A stretch of 64,000 nucleotides of DNA, taken from Nitrospirota bacterium (lineage in GTDB: Bacteria > Nitrospirota > UBA9217). A program made the translations under genes and the position numbers. The stretch spans positions 1-64,000 of the forward strand of contig DASPSR010000008.1 in the NCBI GenBank assembly GCA_035623825.1, written 5' to 3'. Of the stretch, positions 40,354-49,972 are shown piece by piece. The notes below the pieces were generated by a model that was given only the letters and a program-made list of their open reading frames with translations, searched no databases and was not told the origin of the DNA. Within the stretch, counting starts at the first letter, position 1; the number at the start of each line of letters is the position of its first letter.

Positions 40354-42936
40354 ATGAAAAGCGGTTTTTTGCAATCTTTCCTGGCTTCGATGGCCAACGT
40401 GTCGGCCTTCAGGAAGTATCCTGCGGACGCCGAGCAGTTCAGGGCCGTGTTCGACCGCTTCAAGAAAGTGCTCGACAGCAACAACCGGGCGCTCGAAACG
40501 ATCACGGACATGGGCGAGAAGCTGGGCGGGGACTACCTGTTCGACATCATGTATATCAGGAAGGCCTACTCCGAGCTCAAGGGCGACCTCGAGCGCTCCA
40601 TCCGGAATTTCGACGAGCTCACGCACCGCCGGTATGTGCGCCTCCACGACGTGTTCGCACGCATTGACTCCCTGATCCAGCAGATGGTCTCCGATGCACA
40701 GCCGTCCTTACAGGAGCCGCTCCTGTTTTTTGAGGATATCCCCTGGGGGATGGTGCGGGAGGTCGGCGGCAAGAACGCCCATCTCTCGGAGGTCAAGAAC
40801 CGGCTGACCCTGTCTGTTCCCGACGCTTTCGTCCTGACGACCGCGGCCTATGATGAATTCATGCGCGCAAACGGGCTCGAAGAGCGCGTGGCGCGCATCG
40901 CACGGGACCCCCTCTCCGCTGCCACCGCGCTCCAGGAACTGCAGGAGCTCGTCATGCACGGGTCTGTCCCTCCCCCCCTCGGCCGGGCAATCGGGAAGGC
41001 GGTGCAGAAGATCAAGAGCCGTAACGGCGATTGCTATCTCGCGGTACGGAGCAGCGCCGAGGAAGAAGACAGCGGCCGTTCATTCGCAGGGCAGTTTAAG
41101 ACCATCCTGAACGTCCCGCTCGATATCGAGGCGCTGGAGCGGGCGTATCGGGAGGTCATCGCGAGCCTCTTTTCTGAAAAAGCCGTGGCCTATGAGCGTC
41201 AGATGGGGTACGAGCCGGGGAACCTGAAAATGGCGGCAGGGTGCATGGTCATGGTGGATGCGGTGTCGAGCGGTGTCATGTATTCCACGGCGCCCGATGG
41301 CGACAGGGACGCCCTCATCATCAGCGCCGCATGGGGACTGGGAGAGGCCGTAGTCGAGGGGAAGACCGATGCCGACCTCTACAGGGTCAGGAAGGGTCAG
41401 CCCCATGATCTCTTAAGCTCGGTGATCGGGAAGAAATCCCTCATGATCTCTGGTTTGGACGGGGGCGGAGTGGCCGAGGCCGAAACTCCTGATGACCTTC
41501 GCGGAAAACCATGCCTGACCGCAGTGCAGGCGGCGGAGCTCGCATCTTCGGCTATCAAGATCGAGAAGTACTTCGGGAGCCCCCGGGATATCGAATGGGC
41601 GATCGGCAAGGACGGGACGATCTTCATTCTCCAGGCGCGCCCGCTCACCATCGCCCGGGAGGACCAGGGCGAGGTACCTGTGGAGCATCCGGCCCCTGAA
41701 TCAGGGACAGCGTACCCGGTTCTGATAAGGAACCGTGGCAGCGTGGTGCAAAAAGGGGCGGGCGCGGGGAAGGTCTTTTTGGTACGGACAAAGGACGATC
41801 TGGATGATTTCCCGAAGGGGGCAGTGCTCGTTGCGAAGCACGACTCATCGCTGTACGTCCGGGTCATGCCGTTCGTGGCCGCGATCATCACCGAAACCGG
41901 AACGCAGACCAGCCATATGGCGGCTCTCTGCAGGGAACTCAGGGTCCCGGCGATCGTGAACGCAGCCGGTGTCACGGAGATCCTGAAACCGGGACAGGAC
42001 ATCACCCTCGTCGCAGGAGACGATGGCACATCGGCCCTCTATGAGGGGATCATCAGGGATCTCATTGCCGGGGCCGGGCAGGGCAAAGCGGGGATGGAGG
42101 ATGTCCATGAATACCGCAGGAAGCGGTACATCCTGCGGTACATCTCCCCCCTTAACCTTGTGGACCCGCTGATGGAGGAGTTCACTCCGGAGGGGTGCCG
42201 GACCCTGCACGACATCCTGAGGTTCATACACGAAAAATCCGTCGCGGAGCTTGTGGACAGCGCGCGCGAGGGGAACGTCAAATTCAGGAAACAGGGGACG
42301 CTCATCCCGTTGGAACTTCCAGTGCCCGCCGGCATCGTGGTGATGGACATGGGCGGCGGTCTGGATATCGGGGGAGACGGCAGGCGGGCGACATTCGAAG
42401 AGATCACGTCAGTCCCTTTCCGGGCGATCATCAGGGGCATGCTGCATCCCGGGGCCTGGCACTCGGAGCCGGTCGCCCTGAAAGCCCATGATCTTCTTTC
42501 GAGCATGATGCGGATGCCGGACATCGACAGCGGGAACCCTGCCGGATACAATCTGGCGGTCATATCCCGCGAGTATGTGAACCTGAGCATAAGGTTCGGG
42601 TACCACTTCAATATGATCGACTGCTACTGCGGCGAGAAAGCGAAGAACAACCACATTTACTTCCGTTTCCTGGGCGGCGCGACGGACATGGTAAAGCGTT
42701 CGAGGAGGCTGGAGCTCATAGCGAGAATCTTGCGGGAGTACGGCTTCAATATCAGGATAAAGGGGGACCTCCTCATCGCCCGCCTCGCGGGCCTTAACCC
42801 GGAAGAGATGGAGAAGGTGCTCGACCAGGCGGGAAGGCTGATATCCTATATGCGGCAGCTGGATGCCGTGATGCACGATGATGCGGCCATCGAGCGGCAT
42901 GCGAAGAATTTTTTAGCAGGCGTATACACGTATTGA
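40354..42936 (+). CDS. PEP-synthase/PPDK-like ATP-grasp plus phospho-His protein lacking the pyruvate-binding barrel
   Basis: VGGKNAHL, AVRSSA.EED..SFAGQF, WGLGEAVV, DIEWA..ILQARP, TSHMAALCRE; C-terminal RFGYHF/FRFLGG domain. Confidence 0.85.
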   Translation: MKSGFLQSFLASMANVSAFRKYPADAEQFRAVFDRFKKVLDSNNRALETITDMGEKLGGDYLFDIMYIRKAYSELKGDLERSIRNFDELTHRRYVRLHDVFARIDSLIQQMVSDAQPSLQEPLLFFEDIPWGMVREVGGKNAHLSEVKNRLTLSVPDAFVLTTAAYDEFMRANGLEERVARIARDPLSAATALQELQELVMHGSVPPPLGRAIGKAVQKIKSRNGDCYLAVRSSAEEEDSGRSFAGQFKTILNVPLDIEALERAYREVIASLFSEKAVAYERQMGYEPGNLKMAAGCMVMVDAVSSGVMYSTAPDGDRDALIISAAWGLGEAVVEGKTDADLYRVRKGQPHDLLSSVIGKKSLMISGLDGGGVAEAETPDDLRGKPCLTAVQAAELASSAIKIEKYFGSPRDIEWAIGKDGTIFILQARPLTIAREDQGEVPVEHPAPESGTAYPVLIRNRGSVVQKGAGAGKVFLVRTKDDLDDFPKGAVLVAKHDSSLYVRVMPFVAAIITETGTQTSHMAALCRELRVPAIVNAAGVTEILKPGQDITLVAGDDGTSALYEGIIRDLIAGAGQGKAGMEDVHEYRRKRYILRYISPLNLVDPLMEEFTPEGCRTLHDILRFIHEKSVAELVDSAREGNVKFRKQGTLIPLELPVPAGIVVMDMGGGLDIGGDGRRATFEEITSVPFRAIIRGMLHPGAWHSEPVALKAHDLLSSMMRMPDIDSGNPAGYNLAVISREYVNLSIRFGYHFNMIDCYCGEKAKNNHIYFRFLGGATDMVKRSRRLELIARILREYGFNIRIKGDLLIARLAGLNPEEMEKVLDQAGRLISYMRQLDAVMHDDAAIERHAKNFLAGVYTY

Positions 42937-42938
42937 CG

Positions 42939-43997
42939 ATGCCAGAGAAAACTACCGACAAGAAGACTATAACCCTTACGAGGTCATTCCTGGCCGTTCT
43001 CCTGCTCGCGACCTTTGCGTTCGGGGCGTTCATCGGCAGGGGCACAGGGATGCTCGGGGGCATGTATGAGACGAGCAGCGAAGAACGGACGGCCGATACG
43101 GGCGGCTCGTTCAGGTTCATACGGTCCTCTTCGGTGCACGGCAGTCCCGGCGGAACGCGCGCTTTCCAGGATCTGAAGCCGTTCCGCTATAAGGTCGATG
43201 CGCTCATCCAACGCAAGGTGAGCTCGGGCGATGCGTCGACTGTATCCGTTTTTTTCCGCGACCTGGTCGGCGGACACCGCTTCGGCATACGGGAGCAGGA
43301 GGCCATTGCTCCTGAAAGCCTTCTGAAACTCCCCCTGATGATCGCCTACTTTAAATGGGCGGAGTCAGACCCCCGCGTTCTTCGGAGAAAGGTCACCTAT
43401 GCCGGCAGCGATGACAGGTCGGAACAGCAGAGCGTGCACGCCGCCAAGCCTCTCGAGAGGGGCAGGTCCTATTCCATCGACGATCTGATCCTCAGGATGA
43501 TCGCGTATAACGACGGCGATGCCCATGCGCTTCTGATGGCCAACCTGCCGCCGGGCCATCTCGACAGGGTCTATAAGGATGTTTACGCAAACTACGACCC
43601 GGCAAAAAAGGACGAGGTAGTGACGCTCACCGCATACGCTTCGTTCTTCCGCGTGCTGTACAACGCTTCCTATTTGAACAAGAACATGTCCGAGAAGGCC
43701 CTCCGCTATCTCTCACGGTCTGCGTTCAGGGACGGTGTCGTCGCGGGCATTCCCTCGAACGTCGACTGTGCGATAAAGTTCGGCGAGCGGACAGTGCAGG
43801 CCGAAGCGGGCGGCGAAAGCGGAGAACGGGCAGTGAAGCAGCTCCATGAGTTCGGGATCATTTACTACCCAAACCGCCCCTTTCTTATCGGGGTCATGGC
43901 GCGCGGCGAGGACCCCGGAAAGCTGGCGAATATCATGCGTGAAATCACCTCCCTTATATACGAAGAGGTGGACCGGCAACTGAGGACGTCAGGGTAG
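42939..43997 (+). CDS. class A beta-lactamase-fold serine hydrolase, degenerate
   Basis: N-terminal TM; SLLK (SxxK); NDG in place of SDN; KFG; HEFGIIY. Confidence 0.75.
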   Translation: MPEKTTDKKTITLTRSFLAVLLLATFAFGAFIGRGTGMLGGMYETSSEERTADTGGSFRFIRSSSVHGSPGGTRAFQDLKPFRYKVDALIQRKVSSGDASTVSVFFRDLVGGHRFGIREQEAIAPESLLKLPLMIAYFKWAESDPRVLRRKVTYAGSDDRSEQQSVHAAKPLERGRSYSIDDLILRMIAYNDGDAHALLMANLPPGHLDRVYKDVYANYDPAKKDEVVTLTAYASFFRVLYNASYLNKNMSEKALRYLSRSAFRDGVVAGIPSNVDCAIKFGERTVQAEAGGESGERAVKQLHEFGIIYYPNRPFLIGVMARGEDPGKLANIMREITSLIYEEVDRQLRTSG

Positions 43998-44332
43998 CGA
44001 ATGCACGATTCAGCTTGATTTTACGGTTTTGATAGAGTTATCATATGAGGACAAAATCCAGCATGCCAGCGATTACCATAGAATAGCGAACCCAAGGAAA
44101 GCTGGGCTGTAATCTTTAAACGGCATGGCTCTCAATTTTGAACCGAAAGATACATTGCATGAATATCCGCTGCAGGCCCTGACCCTTCTTACGGATTCCC
44201 CGACGGGTTCCAGCTTGAGAAGCTCATCCCGGAAAAATCAATACATCAGGCTTGTGAGGTCGGGCAGGGAGACTGGGCACGCGTCAATCCCTTGCCGCCA
44301 AGCGAGCACGCTTTAAAGGGCAGAACCATGTC

Positions 44333-45574
44333 GTGCGCCAGGAGATCATTTCTAAAATGAATAACGCGTCCCCTTCCTTTTTTAGGAAGCATAGAAAAAT
44401 AAACATTTGCTTATTCTTGATGATCGGCATTGTGGGTTTCGTGCTCGTAAACGTGAAGGTGAACATTACCCGCAATTACGAGGGCATATTCCTGTTGAAA
44501 GGAAAGGACGGTGCCTTCCTGGAAGTGAAGGATGACCTCTTCCTTGGCGAAGAAGACCGGTATATCGCCGGGATCGATCTTGAGCGGGAAAAGCGTTTTT
44601 TGAACAGCCTGTTTGATGCCCACGCCGACTCTACGACAAATGGGCCCTCGTTGTATTATGAATGGAACAAGAAATGGGGCGAAGGCTTCGTCCGCAACTA
44701 TCTACCCGGCGGGAAGCAGCTTCTCACCGCGTTCAGCAGATTCATCGACGACGGCGGCAAGGTAGTCCTCGGAGTATTCGTAGGCGGCGGATTGCCTGCG
44801 AACATTCGAGACGACGACATAGTGAAAATGAACGAGACCGGGATGGCTTATTACGACGGTGTGCGATGGTACCACATCTGGTGCAACGTCAACGAGCTGA
44901 TCGCGAACTCCCGGAATGAAAGCATATTCCCGTCCGAGTGGAAGTATTTAGGAAGCCGCGTGCTCCATCATAACCCCGAGGATTTGTTCTTGGAGAGCAG
45001 TCATGAAATAATGATCGACGGGGTGCCTCTGAACATGATCCGGACTGCTATTTTCAAGGCCGGTGAAATGTACTTTGTCCTTACGATCAAGATAACCAAC
45101 GTGGGCAGCAGGGCCGCAACCTATTACTATCTTTACGGGGACGAGCCGTGGCTGGGTAACTACGGAACGTCGGGAGGTAACATCGGCTGGTCTTCGGATG
45201 GCGTATCTCAAGAGCTGTTCCAATATAAAGGAAGGATCAACACGAAGAAGCTGCATTACGCCGGATTGTGGGACTATGGGAACGATGTGATCGGCGAAGG
45301 GCATGAATTCACCCGCACCGCTAACTTCATCGAGTGGTTTGGGAATATTAGGCCGGACGTCTTTTTTTCCAATGGACCCTATGATTTTCCGCAAATCAAC
45401 GAAAAGCGAGTGCCCCTCTCCAGCAATATGAGATTCCTGGCGGTCCAGTGGGGGCCGCGGACGCTGAAACCGGGGCAGTCAGAAACATATACCCTGGCGA
45501 TCGGCATGGCGGGACATGACCCGAAAAGCGGGTTCCCGGTGAAGCCCAAGATAGATCTGAAAAATTTCCCGTAA
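44333..45574 (+). CDS. hypothetical membrane-anchored periplasmic protein
   Basis: 413-aa ORF, N-terminal TM, aromatic/Gly-rich beta-type domain; start may be ATG 44357. Confidence 0.7.
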   Translation: MRQEIISKMNNASPSFFRKHRKINICLFLMIGIVGFVLVNVKVNITRNYEGIFLLKGKDGAFLEVKDDLFLGEEDRYIAGIDLEREKRFLNSLFDAHADSTTNGPSLYYEWNKKWGEGFVRNYLPGGKQLLTAFSRFIDDGGKVVLGVFVGGGLPANIRDDDIVKMNETGMAYYDGVRWYHIWCNVNELIANSRNESIFPSEWKYLGSRVLHHNPEDLFLESSHEIMIDGVPLNMIRTAIFKAGEMYFVLTIKITNVGSRAATYYYLYGDEPWLGNYGTSGGNIGWSSDGVSQELFQYKGRINTKKLHYAGLWDYGNDVIGEGHEFTRTANFIEWFGNIRPDVFFSNGPYDFPQINEKRVPLSSNMRFLAVQWGPRTLKPGQSETYTLAIGMAGHDPKSGFPVKPKIDLKNFP

Positions 45575-45739
45575 GACATCTTCTTATCCCGAAAATATGT
45601 CCTCTATGGCCATAAGAGCGGAACGATGCCCACCCCCCTTTTCACCTGTTCCCCGGAACGGACGCAACGTGCGCTTTTCACGATTCTGCGTCGAAATGAA
45701 GCTTAACAGCCGGCTGCATCTGAAGTCAGGCGCTGTGCC

Positions 45740-47542
45740 ATGAGAACCTTTCTCGCCTCCATATCGGAGTCCCTTGCAGCGAAACTCATTATCGCCCTCC
45801 TGTCGCTCGTCATAATCGGCGGGGGCATATCATGGTATGCGCTGATCCACGCAGGCAAGGAAAACCTCATAAACGAAGCCGTTAAAGACGCCGCCTCGTA
45901 CTCCGATCTCGTTACAAAGAGCGTACGCCACAGCATGCTCACGTTCAACCGGAAGGCGATCCAGCAGACGGTGGACGACCTCAGATCGACAAGGGACGTG
46001 AAAGGGATCAAGCTGTTCAACGGCAAAGGAAGGATTTTCGTCTCGTCAAAGCACGAGGAAATCGGGCATCAGGTGGACAGGACCGCTTCCGTCTGCCAGG
46101 GCTGCCATTCCGACCCCGAACGGCCTTCTGAAACGATGACCCAGCAGAGGCAATGGGTCACCTACCGGGGCAGAGAAGGATACAATATCCTGACGTTCAT
46201 TGACCCGATCTACAACGAACCCTCCTGCGCTCAGGCCGCCTGCCATGTCCATTCCCCGAATCAACGGGTACTCGGCGTCCTCGAAACCGATTTCTCGCTC
46301 GCCGCAGTCGACAGAAACATACAAAGACAAACGGTAAACACGACGGTTTACGCTCTTATCTTCATGTGCATCATCTCCGTCGTCCTCTATGTGATCCTCA
46401 GGAAGTTCGTGCTGAAGCCCGTGTCAACACTCTCGAACGCCATGGGCAAGGTCGCGCATGGCGATCTCGGCCGCACCGTGACTGTCACTTCAGGGGACGA
46501 GATCGGTCTGCTTGCCCGCACCTTCAATGAAATGACCCAGGAGCTCAAAACGGCAAGGAAAAAGATGGAAGATTGGACGGAGAGCCTCGAACGGGAAGTG
46601 GCAAAGAAAACGGACGCATTGAAGAAATCCCAGGACAAATTGATCCAGGCGGAGAAGTTCGCGGCGCTCGGAAGGCTTGTCGCCGATGTTTCCCACGAGA
46701 TACGGAACCCCCTCACCGCCATCGGAGGATTTGCGCGCAGGCTCCATAGGGGAGCCAGCGGTGAAAAAGAGAAGGAGCGCGCGGAGATCATCGTCTCCGA
46801 AGTCGGCCGGCTCGAGAAGATCCTGCGCGATGTGCTCACATTCACCCAGGATGTGCGGTCCCGGCTTGAAAAGCACCGCCTGGAGCAGATCGTGTATGAC
46901 GTGGCAAACATGCATGAACATGCATGCAGCGAGCAATCTATAAGCGTGGAGGTAATGATAGATCGGGACCTTCCTCCTGTTCTGATAGACAAGGACCAGA
47001 TCAGGCAGGCGCTCTCCAATCTGTTCACCAATGCACTGGACGCGATGACGCATGGCGGCACATTGAAAATAACCGCGGGCAGTGAAGACATAAACGATGT
47101 GCAGTATGTTTTCCTGAGAGTATCAGATACCGGGCAGGGGATCGATGAGGATAAGCTGCCGCTGATCTTCGATCCCTTCGTCACCACGAAGCAGATAGGT
47201 CACGGTACCGGCCTCGGCCTTTCAGTGACGAAAAAGATCATAGAAGAGCATGGCGGCTTTATCAAGGCAGAGAGCACGAGGGGGGAAGGCTCGGTCTTCA
47301 GCCTGTATTTCCCACGGCAGAGCGACGAGGAATCACGGGAAATAAAGTGCTGGGAATACATGAAATGCGGCAGGGATAGGGATGCAACGACGAAGTGCCC
47401 CGCCTATCCGAACTTCGGGAGGGTCTGCTGGGCGGTGGCGGGCACGTTCTGCGAAGGCAAAGTACAGGGGACCTTCGCGCAGAAATATGAGGATTGCGGA
47501 AAGTGTGATTTCTATAAAATGGCGAGAAAAAGGAGAGAGTAG
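45740..47542 (+). CDS. sensor histidine kinase with periplasmic c-type heme motifs and a C-terminal Cys-rich (two-CW) domain
   Basis: CQGCH and CAQAACH between TMs; HAMP; HEIRNPL; C-terminal CW..C..CPAY..CW..C..CxxC. Confidence 0.88.
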   Translation: MRTFLASISESLAAKLIIALLSLVIIGGGISWYALIHAGKENLINEAVKDAASYSDLVTKSVRHSMLTFNRKAIQQTVDDLRSTRDVKGIKLFNGKGRIFVSSKHEEIGHQVDRTASVCQGCHSDPERPSETMTQQRQWVTYRGREGYNILTFIDPIYNEPSCAQAACHVHSPNQRVLGVLETDFSLAAVDRNIQRQTVNTTVYALIFMCIISVVLYVILRKFVLKPVSTLSNAMGKVAHGDLGRTVTVTSGDEIGLLARTFNEMTQELKTARKKMEDWTESLEREVAKKTDALKKSQDKLIQAEKFAALGRLVADVSHEIRNPLTAIGGFARRLHRGASGEKEKERAEIIVSEVGRLEKILRDVLTFTQDVRSRLEKHRLEQIVYDVANMHEHACSEQSISVEVMIDRDLPPVLIDKDQIRQALSNLFTNALDAMTHGGTLKITAGSEDINDVQYVFLRVSDTGQGIDEDKLPLIFDPFVTTKQIGHGTGLGLSVTKKIIEEHGGFIKAESTRGEGSVFSLYFPRQSDEESREIKCWEYMKCGRDRDATTKCPAYPNFGRVCWAVAGTFCEGKVQGTFAQKYEDCGKCDFYKMARKRRE

Positions 47543-47999
47543 ATCCCGCGACGATGTAAGGACGAAAACGGCCAAAGGCGCGGAGGTGCGAGGCGTCGCG
47601 AGGTTTAAGAAAGTAAAGGCGCTAAGGGTCTTAGTTACTTTTCGTATCTATGAGTTCCATTCGCGAATTACTTTTCGTTACATCGGTGTTTGAAAACCTG
47701 CTTTCACGCCATATTGTTCATGATGTCGCAAAAAAAAATTTCGGCTAACCGTGTAAATATAATATCCAAATGTTATATAAATCGTAATTTTGCCTTCCAC
47801 TTTATCCCCAGATCCATACCGTTTCCAAAACTACACATAGCAATAGAAACTTTTTGATTTCATTGTAATTTCAGGTTCGTTGTCACATTCTCCCGTTATG
47901 GAGCTGTTAACGCGCACCAAGGAAGCTCCTGCCCGAATTTGCACGAAACGCCCTACCGTGTCTAATCTGAGTGCCGGACGTCCTCTTTTTTCCAAAAAG

Positions 48000-48015
48000 T
48001 GGTATTTAATTTGCT
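48000..48015 (+). promoter_or_regulatory. candidate sigma54 promoter of the acetate cluster
   Basis: TGGTATTTAATTTGCT = GG-N10-GC with TTGCT, 48 bp upstream of ATG 48064. Confidence 0.6.
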
Positions 48016-48063
48016 TAATTTTGAGGCATGCGATCAGCCATAACGCCCGGCAGCGGAAGCAAC

Positions 48064-49965
48064 ATGATCCTCGAAGACGTGGTGGCCTTTTTGAGGAAGG
48101 TGCCGCCGTTCCAGTTCCTCGAAGAAGCCGACCTGTTGGCCGTTGCCAGGAACCTGTACATGGAGTTCTACCCCAAGGACATGGTCATCCTGGAACAGGA
48201 CGGCCCGCCGAGCGACTCTCTCAGGATCATAAAAAAAGGCGGCGTGAAGGTCTACATGGTATCAGAAGACGGCGGCGAGGTGGTGATCGATTACCGCGGC
48301 GAAGGCGATACCTTCGGCTTCCTGTCGCTCGTGGGCAAGGACCGCGTACGGGCGAACATCACGGCTGTTGACGACACGCTCTGCTACCTCCTCGGGAAGG
48401 AGATGCTCCTCAAGCTCCTGGATTCGAACCTTTCGTTTACCGAGTATTTTCTGAAATCGCACATCACGAAGTACATCGACCGGACCTACCGCGAGATGCA
48501 GGACAAGAGCATATTCTACGGCGGGAGCGACCGCCTCCTGTTCACGACCCGCGTGGGGGACATGGCCATCAAGGAGATCGTCTCCGTCCAGGAGGAGACA
48601 TCGATCCGCGAAGCGGCCCAGATCATGTCCGAGAACAGGATCAGCTCGCTCATCGTCATGGACCGGAACAATCTTCCCGCCGGCATCCTGACGGACCGTG
48701 ACCTCCGCGAAAAGGTGGTCGCGAAGGGACGGGACACGCAGGAGCCGATCAAGAACATCATGAGCACCACGCTCATCAGGGTGGACGCCCGGGACTACTG
48801 CTTCGAGGCCGTGCTCAAGATGCTCAAGTACAATATCCACCATATCCTCGTGATCAAGGACGGGGACCTCGCTGGCGTGATCACGAACCATGATCTGATG
48901 CTGCTCCAGGGGACTTCGCCCCTCTCGCTCACGAAGGACATCGAGAGCCAGCAGACGATCGAGGGGCTTATCCCCGTCTCGAAGAAGATCAACGGCATCG
49001 TCGGACTCCTCCTCAAGGAGGGCGCGAAGGCGAGCAATATAGCCAAGGTCATCACCGAGATCAACGACCGGCTCGTGCGGAAGATCATGGAGTTCGCCGA
49101 GCGGAGGTTCGGAAACCCCCCGGTGCCCTACTGCTGGATCGTGTTCGGCAGCGAGGGGCGCAAGGAGCAGACCTTCAAGACAGACCAGGACAACGCCATC
49201 ATCTACGCCGACCCCGAAACGGACGAGATGGCCGAGACGGCGGCGAAATACTTTTCCGCCTTCGCCGAGTTCGTTCGGGACGGCCTCATCAGGTGCGGAT
49301 TCCCGCTCTGCCCGGCCGACTACATGGCGAGCAACCCCAAGTGGTGCCAGCCGCTCAAGGTGTGGAAAAGGTACTTCTCCGCCTGGGTGTCCGAGCCGAA
49401 GCCGGAAGCGATGCTGAACGCCGTGACGTTCTTCGATTTCAGGCCCATGTGCGGCGACGCGGAGCTCTCCGATGCGCTCCGAGGCCATCTGAAAGAGATC
49501 CTGAAGGACGAGAAGATCTTTCTCGGGTTCCTCGCGAACATGGCGATCAAGAACTCGCCTCCCATCGGGTTCCTGAAGTCCTTCGTCGTGGAGAAGGGCG
49601 GCGAGCACAAGGATGAGCTCAACCTGAAGGTGAAAGGCATTGCCCCGCTCGTGGACATCATACGCCTCTTCGCGCTCGAGAAGGGGGTCCGTGAGACCTC
49701 CACCCTCGAGCGGATCGAGACGCTCCGCGACAAGCACACGATCGTGACCGAATACGGCGATGATTTCGAGCACGCCTTCGAGTTCATCATGCTCCTTCGG
49801 ATTCATCACCAGTACGAGCAGATCAGCTCGGGCCATGCGCCCGACAATTTCATCAACCCGAACCGGTTGAGCAATCTCGAGAAGCGGTCGATCAAGGAGG
49901 CCTTTCAGCTCGTTTCGAAGGTCCAGGCTCTGATCATCGAGCGGTACAAGTCGCTGATCTGGTGA
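48064..49965 (+). CDS. cNMP-binding/CBS/DUF294 putative nucleotidyltransferase
   Basis: N-terminal cNMP domain, CBS pair (GILTDRDLR), GSEGRKEQ..TDQDNA NTase motif, FFDFR. Confidence 0.9.
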   Translation: MILEDVVAFLRKVPPFQFLEEADLLAVARNLYMEFYPKDMVILEQDGPPSDSLRIIKKGGVKVYMVSEDGGEVVIDYRGEGDTFGFLSLVGKDRVRANITAVDDTLCYLLGKEMLLKLLDSNLSFTEYFLKSHITKYIDRTYREMQDKSIFYGGSDRLLFTTRVGDMAIKEIVSVQEETSIREAAQIMSENRISSLIVMDRNNLPAGILTDRDLREKVVAKGRDTQEPIKNIMSTTLIRVDARDYCFEAVLKMLKYNIHHILVIKDGDLAGVITNHDLMLLQGTSPLSLTKDIESQQTIEGLIPVSKKINGIVGLLLKEGAKASNIAKVITEINDRLVRKIMEFAERRFGNPPVPYCWIVFGSEGRKEQTFKTDQDNAIIYADPETDEMAETAAKYFSAFAEFVRDGLIRCGFPLCPADYMASNPKWCQPLKVWKRYFSAWVSEPKPEAMLNAVTFFDFRPMCGDAELSDALRGHLKEILKDEKIFLGFLANMAIKNSPPIGFLKSFVVEKGGEHKDELNLKVKGIAPLVDIIRLFALEKGVRETSTLERIETLRDKHTIVTEYGDDFEHAFEFIMLLRIHHQYEQISSGHAPDNFINPNRLSNLEKRSIKEAFQLVSKVQALIIERYKSLIW

Positions 49966-49972
49966 GGGTGCT

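Noticed and set aside
42939-43997. Antibiotic resistance beta-lactamase
   Set aside because: SDN motif lost; membrane-anchored; no mobile context
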